Shown: positions 1 through 8,399 of the stretch, in pieces
Numbering within the stretch: the first letter of the stretch is position 1
Layout: every line of letters begins with the position of its first letter
NCBI GenBank assembly: GCA_016702305.1
Contig: JADJEH010000001.1
Span: forward strand, 312,077 to 376,076
Origin: a bacterium
Lineage (GTDB): Bacteria > Electryoneota > RPQS01
Reading direction: 5' to 3'
Length of the DNA stretch: 64,000 nucleotides
The notes under the pieces: model-generated
Database searches by the model: none
What the model was told of the DNA's origin: nothing
Seen by the model: only the letters and a program-made list of their open reading frames with translations
Program-made: the position numbers and the translations under genes

Positions 1-280
1 CACCGCGTCCGTACTCGCGATTGTCAACGCCGTGGACTACGGTATGAACATTCAGGCCGCCATTGACTACCCGCGCTTGCACCAGCAATGGAAGCCCAAC
101 CGCGTGTTCATCGAACCTGATTTCCCCGTGGATGTCCGCATCGGCCTCGAACAGCGCGGCCACACTGTCGAAGTCGGCTCGCCGCGTTCGCGCGTGCAGG
201 CCTTACAAGCAGATACACTCCGCGGCGGCTGGTTCGGTGCCGCCGATAGCCGCGGCATTGGCGCCGCCATGGGACACTGA
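1..280 (+). CDS. ggt: gamma-glutamyltranspeptidase, C-terminal fragment (5' end lies outside the window)
   Basis: The frame continues from position 2. The translation ...AIVNAVDYGMNIQAAIDYPRLHQQW...GSPRSRVQAL...ADSRG matches the conserved C-terminus of the GGT small subunit (E. coli ...NVIDFGMNVAEATNAPRFHHQW...). Confidence 0.8.
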   Translation, partial: TASVLAIVNAVDYGMNIQAAIDYPRLHQQWKPNRVFIEPDFPVDVRIGLEQRGHTVEVGSPRSRVQALQADTLRGGWFGAADSRGIGAAMGH

Positions 281-320
281 ACGGTATACCCCACGGATGA
301 ACGGATTAATTTTGGACTTG

Positions 321-349
321 TTGACAATCTGGCAAGTCCTCCGTATCTT
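321..349 (+). promoter_or_regulatory. sigma70-like promoter: TTGACA, 17-nt spacer, TATCTT
   Basis: A -35 TTGACA at 321-326 and a -10 TATCTT at 344-349 are separated by exactly 17 nt. The predicted TSS lies at about 355-357, right at the ATG of the XRE gene, which suggests a leaderless transcript. Confidence 0.35.
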
Positions 350-354
350 GGGAC

Positions 355-786
355 ATGGTAACCAATAAGACCATTCCGCTCGACATCGGCCAGCGGCTGC
401 ATGAAGCGCGCCGAGCCGCCGATATGTCGCAGGACACCCTGTCCAAAGCCGTACGCGTGAATCGCTCGTACCTCTCGCTGGTGGAAAACGGCCGCTCGTC
501 GCCAACCATCGAATTCCTTGAAAAGGTCGCGTCCGGACTGAATTTGCGTGTCGAAGAGCTCATTCTGGGCCCTGAGGCCTTCCGCTACCTCAGCCTGTCA
601 CCGCGCCACGGCTATCTCTACAAGGGGTTGGTCGAACTGCTTGAAGATCAAGAACAGATGCTGCTGATGAACCCGTCCGCCGAAGAGGTCGAAATCCTCA
701 AGGCCATTCAACTGCATCCTGATCATAGTCCGACCAAACGCTTCTTCGTGGATGCCCTGCTCGACCTGCGCCGGACGCGCTCGTGA
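355..786 (+). CDS. XRE-family helix-turn-helix transcriptional regulator
   Basis: The N-terminus LHEARRAADMSQDTLSKAVRVNRSYLSLVENGRSSPTIEFLEKVASGLNLRVEEL is a canonical Cro/C1-type HTH. The C-terminal roughly 70 aa are of unknown function. Confidence 0.7.
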   Translation: MVTNKTIPLDIGQRLHEARRAADMSQDTLSKAVRVNRSYLSLVENGRSSPTIEFLEKVASGLNLRVEELILGPEAFRYLSLSPRHGYLYKGLVELLEDQEQMLLMNPSAEEVEILKAIQLHPDHSPTKRFFVDALLDLRRTRS

Positions 787-1166
787 GTACAAATCCGTTT
801 CCGGAATCTAATCCCATGCAGCAGCAAACCTTCTGGCAAGACGACATCTTTGTCGTCAAACTATCCGGCAAAATGATGGGTGGTATGGGCACCGCCGGCT
901 TTCATGACGACGTCAAACTTGCCGCCAGCGAAGGCTGCCGCCGCGTCGCGATTGACATGGAGGAAGTGGACTGGCTCAATAGCTGGGGCGTCGGTCTGCT
1001 CGTCTCGGCCTTCACGACGCTGCGCAACTGCGGCGGTCAGATGATCCTCGCCGGCTGCGGACCCAAGGTCATGGCCGTGCTGCGCATGACACATTTCGAT
1101 TCCGTCTTTGTTTTCGAAAACGACGTGAACGCGGCTTTGCAAACACTGGCCGCCCCGTCCGACTGA
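783..1166 (+). CDS. STAS-domain anti-sigma-factor antagonist (SpoIIAA/RsbV-like)
   Basis: The STAS signature ...VAIDMEEVDWLNSWGVGLLVSAFTTLRNCGGQMILAG... retains a conserved Ser in the phosphorylation loop. The gene overlaps the XRE gene by 4 nt. The true start may be the internal Met at about 816. Confidence 0.75.
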   Translation: MSTNPFPESNPMQQQTFWQDDIFVVKLSGKMMGGMGTAGFHDDVKLAASEGCRRVAIDMEEVDWLNSWGVGLLVSAFTTLRNCGGQMILAGCGPKVMAVLRMTHFDSVFVFENDVNAALQTLAAPSD

Positions 1167-1221
1167 TTCTTTCATCTATTTTCTCATATCACCTCGCGCA
1201 CCCCAAGGAGCAATCGTTTCC

Positions 1222-1560
1222 ATGAAGTTGAAGTCCTCAGAACTAAACGGCGTCTTTCTCGTCGAACTTTCCGGCAAGATCATGGGCGGCCCCGAGTCCG
1301 CACAGTTCCATGATGCCATCAAGCATGCCATCAGCTCAAGTCACAAGAAAGTCGTCATTGACCTCGGCGCCGTCGAATGGATGAACAGCTCGGGCATTGG
1401 CCTGCTGGTCTCCGCCTACACCACGTTGAAGAACGCCGGAACCGAAATGAAACTCGCACGCACGACCGAAAAAATTCAGTCGCTGCTCATCATCACCAAG
1501 CTCAACTCGGTGTTCGATAGTCACGATACCGTAGATGCGGCCGTCAAGAGCTTCAACTGA
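1222..1560 (+). CDS. STAS-domain anti-sigma-factor antagonist (second copy)
   Basis: An AAGGAG ribosome-binding site lies 8 nt upstream. The translation ...VVIDLGAVEWMNSSGIGLLVSAYTTLKNAGTEMKLA... carries the classic DxSG(I/L)G phosphorylation-loop motif of SpoIIAA/RsbV. Confidence 0.8.
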   Translation: MKLKSSELNGVFLVELSGKIMGGPESAQFHDAIKHAISSSHKKVVIDLGAVEWMNSSGIGLLVSAYTTLKNAGTEMKLARTTEKIQSLLIITKLNSVFDSHDTVDAAVKSFN

Positions 1561-1562
1561 TC

Positions 1563-3050
1563 TTGGCCGATCCACTTGCCACTGACTTCGCTCCCGCTCC
1601 CGTGAGTGACGGACCACGCCGCACGGTGCGCGCCCTGTCGCTCCTTGAGGAGTTGGAGCGGCAGGCGCAAGCGTATCTGCGGGATCTCGGCGGCGGTAAA
1701 CTGCAAGCCGAGCGGCAGCGTAAACTCGTCGAATTGCTGAATTCCATCGGCGCCGCGAAGGAAAACCTGCGCGTGCAGTCCGAGTTCGAACGCGAACGGC
1801 AGGAGAATGCCATTCTCCAGGAAGTCAGCCTCAGACTGTCCAGCGCCGCCGACATCCGCGAAGTCCTCCGCGCGATCCTTGAATCACTGCGGCAGGTCGT
1901 CGAGTTTGATGCGGCGGGCATCTTCGTTTACAATCGCGAACTGCAGCAGATTGAAGTGGACATGCTCGCCGGCTATGGCGGGGCCCAAAAACGCCGCGTC
2001 TATACCAAATTCCAGGAAGGCGTCAAACACGGCGAAGGCGTCGTGGCCACTGTTGTCTTCTCTGGAAAACCGATTTACGTCCCTGACGTGCTCAACGATT
2101 CGCGGTACGTCGAGGTCCGACCCACCACACGCTCCGAACTCGCCGTGCCCATCTTGGTGCGGGACGAGATCATCGGAGCCTTCAATCTCGAATCAGACCG
2201 GCTGGACGCCTTCAGCGACCGCGACCTGCGGCTCTTGATGGCCTTCGCCAGTCATGCCGGAGCCGCTCTCGAACGCGCACGCGCAGACCGCCAGCGACAG
2301 CACACCCAGCGGATCGGCGAGGAGCTCTCGCTGGCCCGTCGCATTCACGCTGGTTTCTTGCCCAAGACCTTTCCCGACTTCGCGCCCTTCGATCTCGGCG
2401 GCATGAACTTCCCCTCGAGCGAGGTCGGTGGTGATTACTACGACTTCGTGCCGATTACCCAAACGGATCTCGGCGTCATCATGAGTGATGTCGCCGGACA
2501 CGGCGTGGCCGCAGCGCTGCTGATGGCCAATTTCCGCGCCTGCATTCGCATCGAAGCACGCGCACACTACGCTATTCCCACGATACTTCAGCGCGTCAAC
2601 GAGTTTCTGGTGGAGACCATCCCGCCGGACAGTTTCGTGACCGCATTTTACGGTGTGTTAAACCGCGAACATCGCTTGCTCACCTACAGCAACGCCGGCC
2701 ACAACCCGCCGTTGCTCGTCCGCGAGGGCGCGCCCTTCGAGCTGCTGACCGAGGGGGGGCCCATCCTTGGCGTGCTGCCCGACGCACGCTACGAACAGGC
2801 GCGAATCGAACTTCGTCCGGGGGACATACTCGTTTTCTACACCGACGGCGTCACCGAAGCACGGACCAACGCCGGCGAAGAATTTGGAGTCGAACGACTG
2901 GCTGATCTGACGAATCGCTACCGGAATATTCCCGCGAATGAATTGGCCCGCCGCATCAGTCACGATGTTCTGTCGTATCATGCGTCGGATTTGACTATGG
3001 ATGATCTCACTATTTCCGTGGTGAAGTATGACGGCACCGAATCGCACTGA
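1563..3050 (+). CDS. GAF-domain PP2C-type serine phosphatase (RsbU/SpoIIE family)
   Basis: The N-terminus is a coiled-coil followed by a GAF domain. The C-terminus ...MNFPSSEVGGDYYDFVP...IMSDVAGHGVAAALLMANFRA...FYTDGVTEA is the PPM/SpoIIE phosphatase core. The ORF apparently starts with TTG at 1563, directly after the STAS stop codon. Confidence 0.8.
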   Translation: MADPLATDFAPAPVSDGPRRTVRALSLLEELERQAQAYLRDLGGGKLQAERQRKLVELLNSIGAAKENLRVQSEFERERQENAILQEVSLRLSSAADIREVLRAILESLRQVVEFDAAGIFVYNRELQQIEVDMLAGYGGAQKRRVYTKFQEGVKHGEGVVATVVFSGKPIYVPDVLNDSRYVEVRPTTRSELAVPILVRDEIIGAFNLESDRLDAFSDRDLRLLMAFASHAGAALERARADRQRQHTQRIGEELSLARRIHAGFLPKTFPDFAPFDLGGMNFPSSEVGGDYYDFVPITQTDLGVIMSDVAGHGVAAALLMANFRACIRIEARAHYAIPTILQRVNEFLVETIPPDSFVTAFYGVLNREHRLLTYSNAGHNPPLLVREGAPFELLTEGGPILGVLPDARYEQARIELRPGDILVFYTDGVTEARTNAGEEFGVERLADLTNRYRNIPANELARRISHDVLSYHASDLTMDDLTISVVKYDGTESH

Positions 3051-3456
3051 AATCCTGAATATCCCCTCTTCGGTGGATCAAATTGAAAAGGTGGACGAGT
3101 TCGTCGAGTCCATCGCCACCGGCATGGGCTTCACGCAAGACGCGCTCGCCGATATTGGAATCTGCGTCACGGAACTGGTCATGAATGCCATCGTTCATGC
3201 TCATAAAGAGCAGGCTGACATACCGGTCGAAATCGTTGTCGAACAACGCGGCGACGGCCTTGCGGTGCGCGTCCGCGACTACGGCCCCGGTTTCGATACC
3301 GCCAAAGTCCCCGATCCCACTTCCCCCGAACATATCTTTGAAGACCACGGACGGGGCATTCTCATCGTCCGCGCCATGATGGACGATGTGACCTGTACCC
3401 GGCTCGCGGACGGCATGGCCATTGAGGTCTTCAAACGTCTCAATCACTCGGCATGA
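3028..3456 (+). CDS. anti-sigma regulatory factor, Ser/Thr protein kinase (RsbW/SpoIIAB-like, HATPase_c)
   Basis: The translation ...ICVTELVMNAIVHAH...VRVRDYGPGFD... matches the GHKL ATPase fold of RsbW-type switch kinases. The gene overlaps the phosphatase gene by 23 nt. Confidence 0.75.
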   Translation: MTAPNRTEILNIPSSVDQIEKVDEFVESIATGMGFTQDALADIGICVTELVMNAIVHAHKEQADIPVEIVVEQRGDGLAVRVRDYGPGFDTAKVPDPTSPEHIFEDHGRGILIVRAMMDDVTCTRLADGMAIEVFKRLNHSA

Positions 3457-3941
3457 GAATCGCGATCTATCCCGGCACGTTCGATCCCATTACCTATGGG
3501 CATCTCGATGTTATTGATCGCGCCGCCGCGCTGTTTGATCAGGTCATTGTCACATTGGCTGTGCATTCGCAGAAAACACCGCTTTTCACTACCGATGAGC
3601 GCAAGGCCCTGATCGAGGAAGCCACCGCGAAATTCCCCGGAGTCTCCGTGGATACGTGCGAAGGCCTAATTGTCGAATTCGCCGAAAAACGCGGCGCGAT
3701 TGCCATCATCCGCGGCCTCCGCGCCGTCTCCGATTTCGACTACGAGTTTCAAATCGCCTTGGCTAACCGCGTGCTCGCCCCCAACGTCGCCACCGTTTTC
3801 CTGCTGCCCGGCGAGCAGTACACGTACTTGAACAGCTCGATCGTGCGCGAAGTCTCGCGCTTAGGCGGCTCCGTGGATAGCTTTGTTCCGCCCCATGTCG
3901 CGCGAGCATTGTTGGCAAAACACTCCTCGCGTAAAACATGA
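3453..3941 (+). CDS. coaD: phosphopantetheine adenylyltransferase
   Basis: MRIAIYPGTFDPITYGHLDVIDRA... is the canonical CoaD N-terminus with the (T/H)xGH motif. The product is about 160 aa. Confidence 0.9.
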   Translation: MRIAIYPGTFDPITYGHLDVIDRAAALFDQVIVTLAVHSQKTPLFTTDERKALIEEATAKFPGVSVDTCEGLIVEFAEKRGAIAIIRGLRAVSDFDYEFQIALANRVLAPNVATVFLLPGEQYTYLNSSIVREVSRLGGSVDSFVPPHVARALLAKHSSRKT

Positions 3942-4002
3942 ACCCCGCGTCGCGTCATTCGGCGACAAACCAGCGCGGCCTCTGACTACCGTGGATTCTC
4001 TG

Positions 4003-5517
4003 ATGCGCCCGCACGGGCGCTTTGTGTTTTGGTACCCGTTTCTCGCCGCCGTCGTTGGTTTTATTGTGTGCCGTGCAGCGTTGCTCGAACCGATCTTTTT
4101 CAACATTGACGAGGCCGAATACGCCGTTGCTGCGCAAGCGTTGCCGCACGGCTTATGGCCTGGAGCGGAGCTGGTCGGTTCCACCAAACCTCCGGCCATC
4201 GTCTATCTCTATGCGGCCATCTTCGCCGTCTTCGGCGAGAGCCTGTTGGCCGTGCAGTGCATCGGCCTCGCGCTGTGGATCGCCATGCTCTACCTGACCA
4301 TGCGAATCGGCGCTGGACTGTTGCCGGATCTGCCCGCGTGGCTGGTGGCCGTCGCCTTCTTTCTCTTTGCCAATTCTTTCGGCCATCCGCGCGACATGCA
4401 GGCGCTCAATGTCGAGTTGCCCGGTACTGTGTGCGTCGCGTTAGGCTTCTGGCTCTTGATCCGCGGCGAGAACAAAGCCCGCTTCTGTTATGCCGGAGTG
4501 CTGCTTGGTCTGGCCAGCATGTTCCGCCAGAGTTTCGCACTCTATCTCTTTGCCTTCCTCGTATTCGTGCCGCAACCGCGGCGCAGCGGCGCCCTGCAAA
4601 TTGTCATCGGCGTCGCAGTGCCATGGATTCTCCTGTTCACGGCTTATGCCGGAACGGGACGACTCACAGCCGCGCTCGATTCTTGGTTTCGCTATCCGTT
4701 TGTATATGCCGGAGACACCGGTCTCGCGGGCTTCGTCGAGGCCGCGTGGTACAACACGCTCGACCTTGTGAAACAGGGCTTCGTCATCTGGCTGCTGTTG
4801 CCCGTCGGACTGCTTGTCTTGTGGAAACGCCGCGCCTGGACGATCTTGCTCCTGTTGCTGTGCGCCGCTGCGACCATCGCCGTTGGTTCGCGTTTCTCAC
4901 CGCATTACTACATTCAGGCATTGCCGTTCTTGGCGCTGGCATCGGCCCTGGCCGCGGGCGTCCTGTTCGTTCTAGGTCCGCGTTGGAGTCTGTTCATGCG
5001 CACGGCCCTGACAATCGGCTGTGCGCTGGCGCTCTTGCATTTTCCGTTCTGGCGCTTCTGGGATGACCTTGCGCCGCCGAACGGACTGTCGCCGGAAACC
5101 CTCGACGGCAACGCACTCGAACAGGAATTGGCAGGCTTCGCCGCCGGGCAAACTTCATCCGCCGATCGTATCTTCGTATGGGGGTACTGTCCGCAAATCT
5201 ACTTCCACGCGCAGCGCCTGCCCGCCGTGCGCGATTATCTCTGTCACTATGTCACCGGCTACTCGGCCGCGACTTCCAACCCTCGTCCTTACGCGCGGGC
5301 CGATGCCGAGGCGATGCTCATCGCTGATCTCGCGCAGCACAAACCCGCGCTCATATTCGATATTTCCGCCGTCGAATTCTATCCGTATTCCTTCCACAGT
5401 TATCCTATCACTCGCTACGCCGATCTGACCGCGTTCATCCGGGCCAACTACCAGCCCGTAGCGCAAGTCGGCTCCACCGCGATCTATGCGGCGCAGCATT
5501 CATCGTCTTCTAACTGA
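4003..5517 (+). CDS. polytopic membrane glycosyltransferase, GT39/ArnT/PMT-like (dolichyl-phosphate-mannose-type transferase family)
   Basis: The protein has 10 or more predicted transmembrane segments. An N-terminal loop ...FFNIDEAEYAVAAQALPHGLWPG... resembles the DE-containing first periplasmic loop of the PMT_2/ArnT family. The ORF track begins at 3883, inside coaD. The internal ATG at 4003 is the more plausible start. Confidence 0.55.
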   Translation: MRPHGRFVFWYPFLAAVVGFIVCRAALLEPIFFNIDEAEYAVAAQALPHGLWPGAELVGSTKPPAIVYLYAAIFAVFGESLLAVQCIGLALWIAMLYLTMRIGAGLLPDLPAWLVAVAFFLFANSFGHPRDMQALNVELPGTVCVALGFWLLIRGENKARFCYAGVLLGLASMFRQSFALYLFAFLVFVPQPRRSGALQIVIGVAVPWILLFTAYAGTGRLTAALDSWFRYPFVYAGDTGLAGFVEAAWYNTLDLVKQGFVIWLLLPVGLLVLWKRRAWTILLLLLCAAATIAVGSRFSPHYYIQALPFLALASALAAGVLFVLGPRWSLFMRTALTIGCALALLHFPFWRFWDDLAPPNGLSPETLDGNALEQELAGFAAGQTSSADRIFVWGYCPQIYFHAQRLPAVRDYLCHYVTGYSAATSNPRPYARADAEAMLIADLAQHKPALIFDISAVEFYPYSFHSYPITRYADLTAFIRANYQPVAQVGSTAIYAAQHSSSSN

Positions 5518-5528
5518 TCCGAACTCTC

Positions 5529-6902
5529 ATGCGATTTCCAGCCGAACCCTTCCGGATTAAAGTTGTCGAAAAAATCCGCCGCACTACCCGTGACGAACGC
5601 GTCGAACTACTCCAGCGCGCCGGGCTGAACGTCTTCCTTCTGCCCGCCGATTCAATTTACGTTGACCTGCTTACCGACAGCGGTACCGGTGCCATGAGCG
5701 ATCAGCAGTGGGCCGGGCTTATGATCGGCGACGAGAGCTATGCGGGCTCCAAGAGCTTCTTCAAGTTCGAAGCCGCCGTCCGCGATATCACGGGCTTCCC
5801 GTTCGTCATTCCCACACATCAAGGCCGCGTTGCCGAAAACCTGCTGTTCTCCACAATCTGCGAGACCGGCAAGACCGTCATCTCCAACACGCACTTCGAC
5901 ACGACCCGCGCCAACGTCGAGATGAACCGCGCCGTCGCGCTCGACTTGCCTGTCAAGGAGGCGCTTGATCCGCAGCTTGGTGTGCTGTGGAAAGGCAACA
6001 TGGACGTCGCCAAGCTTGAAGCGAAATTGAAGGCCGACCGCGATCACATCCCAATGGTCGTGATGACCGTCACCAACAACTCCACCGGTGGTCAACCAGT
6101 CTCGATGGAAAATGTTCGCGCTGCCTCACGCCTCTGCAAACAATACGGCGTGCCGTTCTTCATTGACTGCGCGCGCTTCGCTGAAAACTGCTGGTTCATC
6201 CACGAATTCGAACCCGGCTACAAAGGCAAGAGCATAATCGAAATTGCGCGCGAATTGTTCAGCCATGCCGACGGCTGCTGGATGTCCGCCAAAAAGGACG
6301 CGCTTGTCAATATCGGCGGTTTCATCGCTATGAACGATGTCGAACTTTCGCGCAAATTGCAGCAAAAACTCATTTTGATCGAAGGCTTCCCGACGTATGG
6401 TGGCCTGGCGGGCCGCGACCTCGAAGCCGTCGCCATCGGACTCTACGAGGGCATGGAACTCGATTACCTGCACTATCGAACGGCGCAAGTGCGCTATCTC
6501 GGCGACATGCTCTGGGATGCCGGTGTGGCCATCGTTCGACCAGTCGGCGGTCACGCCGTTTTTATTGACGCGAAAGCCTTCTGCGATCATATTCCACCTG
6601 AGCATTTCCCCGGCGTCGCCTTGACATGCTCGCTCTATCGCGAAGCCGGTATTCGCGGCGTGGAAATCGGTTCGTTGATGTTTGGTCACGCCGATCCTAA
6701 GACCGGCAAACACGTCGCTCCGTCGCTTGAACTCGTGCGACTCGCCATTCCACGCCGCGTCTATACCACCGCGCACATGACCTACGTCGCCGAGTCCATC
6801 ACTGAACTCTTCAAGAATCGTCACAGTATCAAGCCCATGCGCCTGACCTACGAAGCGCCCGTGCTTCGACACTTCACAGCGCACTTGGAAGAGATTGAAT
6901 AA
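5529..6902 (+). CDS. tnaA: tryptophanase / tyrosine phenol-lyase family beta-eliminating lyase (PLP-dependent)
   Basis: The protein aligns end-to-end with E. coli TnaA: PEPFRI(K/R)V(V/I)E...TTRDERV..., DLLTDSGTGAM, TIPTHQGR(V/G)AE, SNSTGGQPVS, DCARFAENC(W/Y)FI, MSAKKDALVNIGG with the PLP lysine. TnaA and TPL cannot be separated by eye. Confidence 0.85.
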   Translation: MRFPAEPFRIKVVEKIRRTTRDERVELLQRAGLNVFLLPADSIYVDLLTDSGTGAMSDQQWAGLMIGDESYAGSKSFFKFEAAVRDITGFPFVIPTHQGRVAENLLFSTICETGKTVISNTHFDTTRANVEMNRAVALDLPVKEALDPQLGVLWKGNMDVAKLEAKLKADRDHIPMVVMTVTNNSTGGQPVSMENVRAASRLCKQYGVPFFIDCARFAENCWFIHEFEPGYKGKSIIEIARELFSHADGCWMSAKKDALVNIGGFIAMNDVELSRKLQQKLILIEGFPTYGGLAGRDLEAVAIGLYEGMELDYLHYRTAQVRYLGDMLWDAGVAIVRPVGGHAVFIDAKAFCDHIPPEHFPGVALTCSLYREAGIRGVEIGSLMFGHADPKTGKHVAPSLELVRLAIPRRVYTTAHMTYVAESITELFKNRHSIKPMRLTYEAPVLRHFTAHLEEIE

Positions 6903-7764
6903 GTTCACCCGCGTTGTCGTCATCACCGGCTGCTCGAGCGGCATCGGCCGCGCCGCCGCCTTTCATTTTGCTCGTCACGGCTGGGCCGTCGTCGGCACTG
7001 TGCGCGAACAGTTTCAGCTCTATTCACTTTCCGCCGAATTGCATCAAGCTTCGCTGCACACATCGCTGGTCCTGTGCGACGTTACGCGCGAGGACGACGT
7101 CGTGCAGTTGGTCAGTCACGCAATCGAGCGCTTCGGCAGGGTGGACGTCTTGATCAACAACGCCGGATTCGCGCGCAGCGGCTGCCTTGAACTTGTGACG
7201 ATGGACGAAGCGCGTGCGCAGGTTGAAGTGAACACGCTCGCGCCAATTCGCCTGACGCAATTGCTGTTGCCGCACTGGCGCAAACAGGGCGGAGGCCGCA
7301 TCATCAATATCTCGTCGGTCGCCGGGCGCGTCACGCTGCCGTGGAACGGCTGGTACTCCGCGTCGAAATTCGCGCTGGAAGCGCTCACCGATGCGCTGCG
7401 TCTTGAACTGCGTCCATTCAAAATTGACGTCGTCTCCGTGCTCGCCGGACCCGTGTTGACAAAATTCGTGTCTAACGTCAAATTGACCGAGCCGCCCACC
7501 GACGCGCCAGAAATCTATCGGCGCATTCACGACTTCGCACAGATTCGCCGGGCCGCCCCCCGACCCGGTGCGTGGACCGCCGAGCGTTGCGCCGCACTTC
7601 TGTATGAAATCGCAACTGTCACCCGTCCGCGTACGCGCTACGTTACGGGGGCCAAGGCACAAATGGCCATCCTGCTGCGCAAACTGTTACCCGACAGGCT
7701 CTGGGATCGTCTGCTCCTGCGCGCCTACGGCGTGTCTTCATTGCTCACTAAACGCACTGCATGA
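6895..7764 (+). CDS. short-chain dehydrogenase/reductase (classical SDR)
   Basis: The Rossmann motif is TGCSSGIGRAAA. NNAG is present, and the catalytic YxxxK lies in ...YSASKFALEAL. Confidence 0.8.
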   Translation: MNKFTRVVVITGCSSGIGRAAAFHFARHGWAVVGTVREQFQLYSLSAELHQASLHTSLVLCDVTREDDVVQLVSHAIERFGRVDVLINNAGFARSGCLELVTMDEARAQVEVNTLAPIRLTQLLLPHWRKQGGGRIINISSVAGRVTLPWNGWYSASKFALEALTDALRLELRPFKIDVVSVLAGPVLTKFVSNVKLTEPPTDAPEIYRRIHDFAQIRRAAPRPGAWTAERCAALLYEIATVTRPRTRYVTGAKAQMAILLRKLLPDRLWDRLLLRAYGVSSLLTKRTA

Positions 7765-8399
7765 TTAAAGCTGTCTTTTTCGACTTCGACGGTACACTGA
7801 TTGACTCGATGCCCGCGCACGTTATCGCGTGGGAGCAAATCCTCGGCGAGGTCGGGATTCGTCTCGACGATCTCTATTTCCAATTGCACGAGGGCGAAAA
7901 GGCCGAGGACACTGTCGCCCGCTTGCTCGCCGAGCATAACGTTCACTACTCGCACGCGCAGCAGGCCGAGCTGATCGAGCGCAAACGAGCGCTCTACCGC
8001 TCCAACGCGTCCGCTGGACTAATCCCTGAGGCAGCTGAACTGGTTCGTGAACTGAATCATCGCGGTATCGCCTGCGACATCGTCACCGGCTCGATCCGCA
8101 GTAACATGGACGCCGTGCTGTCGGCCGAAGAGTTCGCGCTCTTTCGTTCAATCTTTACGCCCGCGGAATATGGTCGCGGCAAGCCCGCGCCGGATCCCTA
8201 CTTGAAGGCGCTCGAACAGAGCGGCCTGGCGGCCCACGAGTGCCTCGCGCTTGAAAATGCGCCGCTTGGCGTACAATCGGCGAAAGCCGCAGGCCTGCGC
8301 ACCGTCGCCGTTACGACAACGTTGCCCCCCAGCTATCTGAGCGAAGCGGATCATGTGATTCATCGCTTCGCCGATTTTCTTCATCTATTGGAACCTTGA
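7761..8399 (+). CDS. HAD-superfamily hydrolase (subfamily IA, beta-phosphoglucomutase/phosphatase-like)
   Basis: Motif I is the N-terminal FFDFDGTLIDS. The conserved ...DIVTGS... and ...GKPAPDPY... motifs follow. Confidence 0.75.
   Translation: MIKAVFFDFDGTLIDSMPAHVIAWEQILGEVGIRLDDLYFQLHEGEKAEDTVARLLAEHNVHYSHAQQAELIERKRALYRSNASAGLIPEAAELVRELNHRGIACDIVTGSIRSNMDAVLSAEEFALFRSIFTPAEYGRGKPAPDPYLKALEQSGLAAHECLALENAPLGVQSAKAAGLRTVAVTTTLPPSYLSEADHVIHRFADFLHLLEP

Noticed and set aside
4155-5066. 303-aa plus-strand ORF in an alternative frame
   Set aside because: It overlaps the glycosyltransferase gene in a shifted frame. The product is Arg/Ala-rich with no TM helices, unlike the main frame, which encodes a coherent polytopic membrane protein.
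6126-6944. 272-aa minus-strand ORF
   Set aside because: It is antisense to the tryptophanase-family gene.
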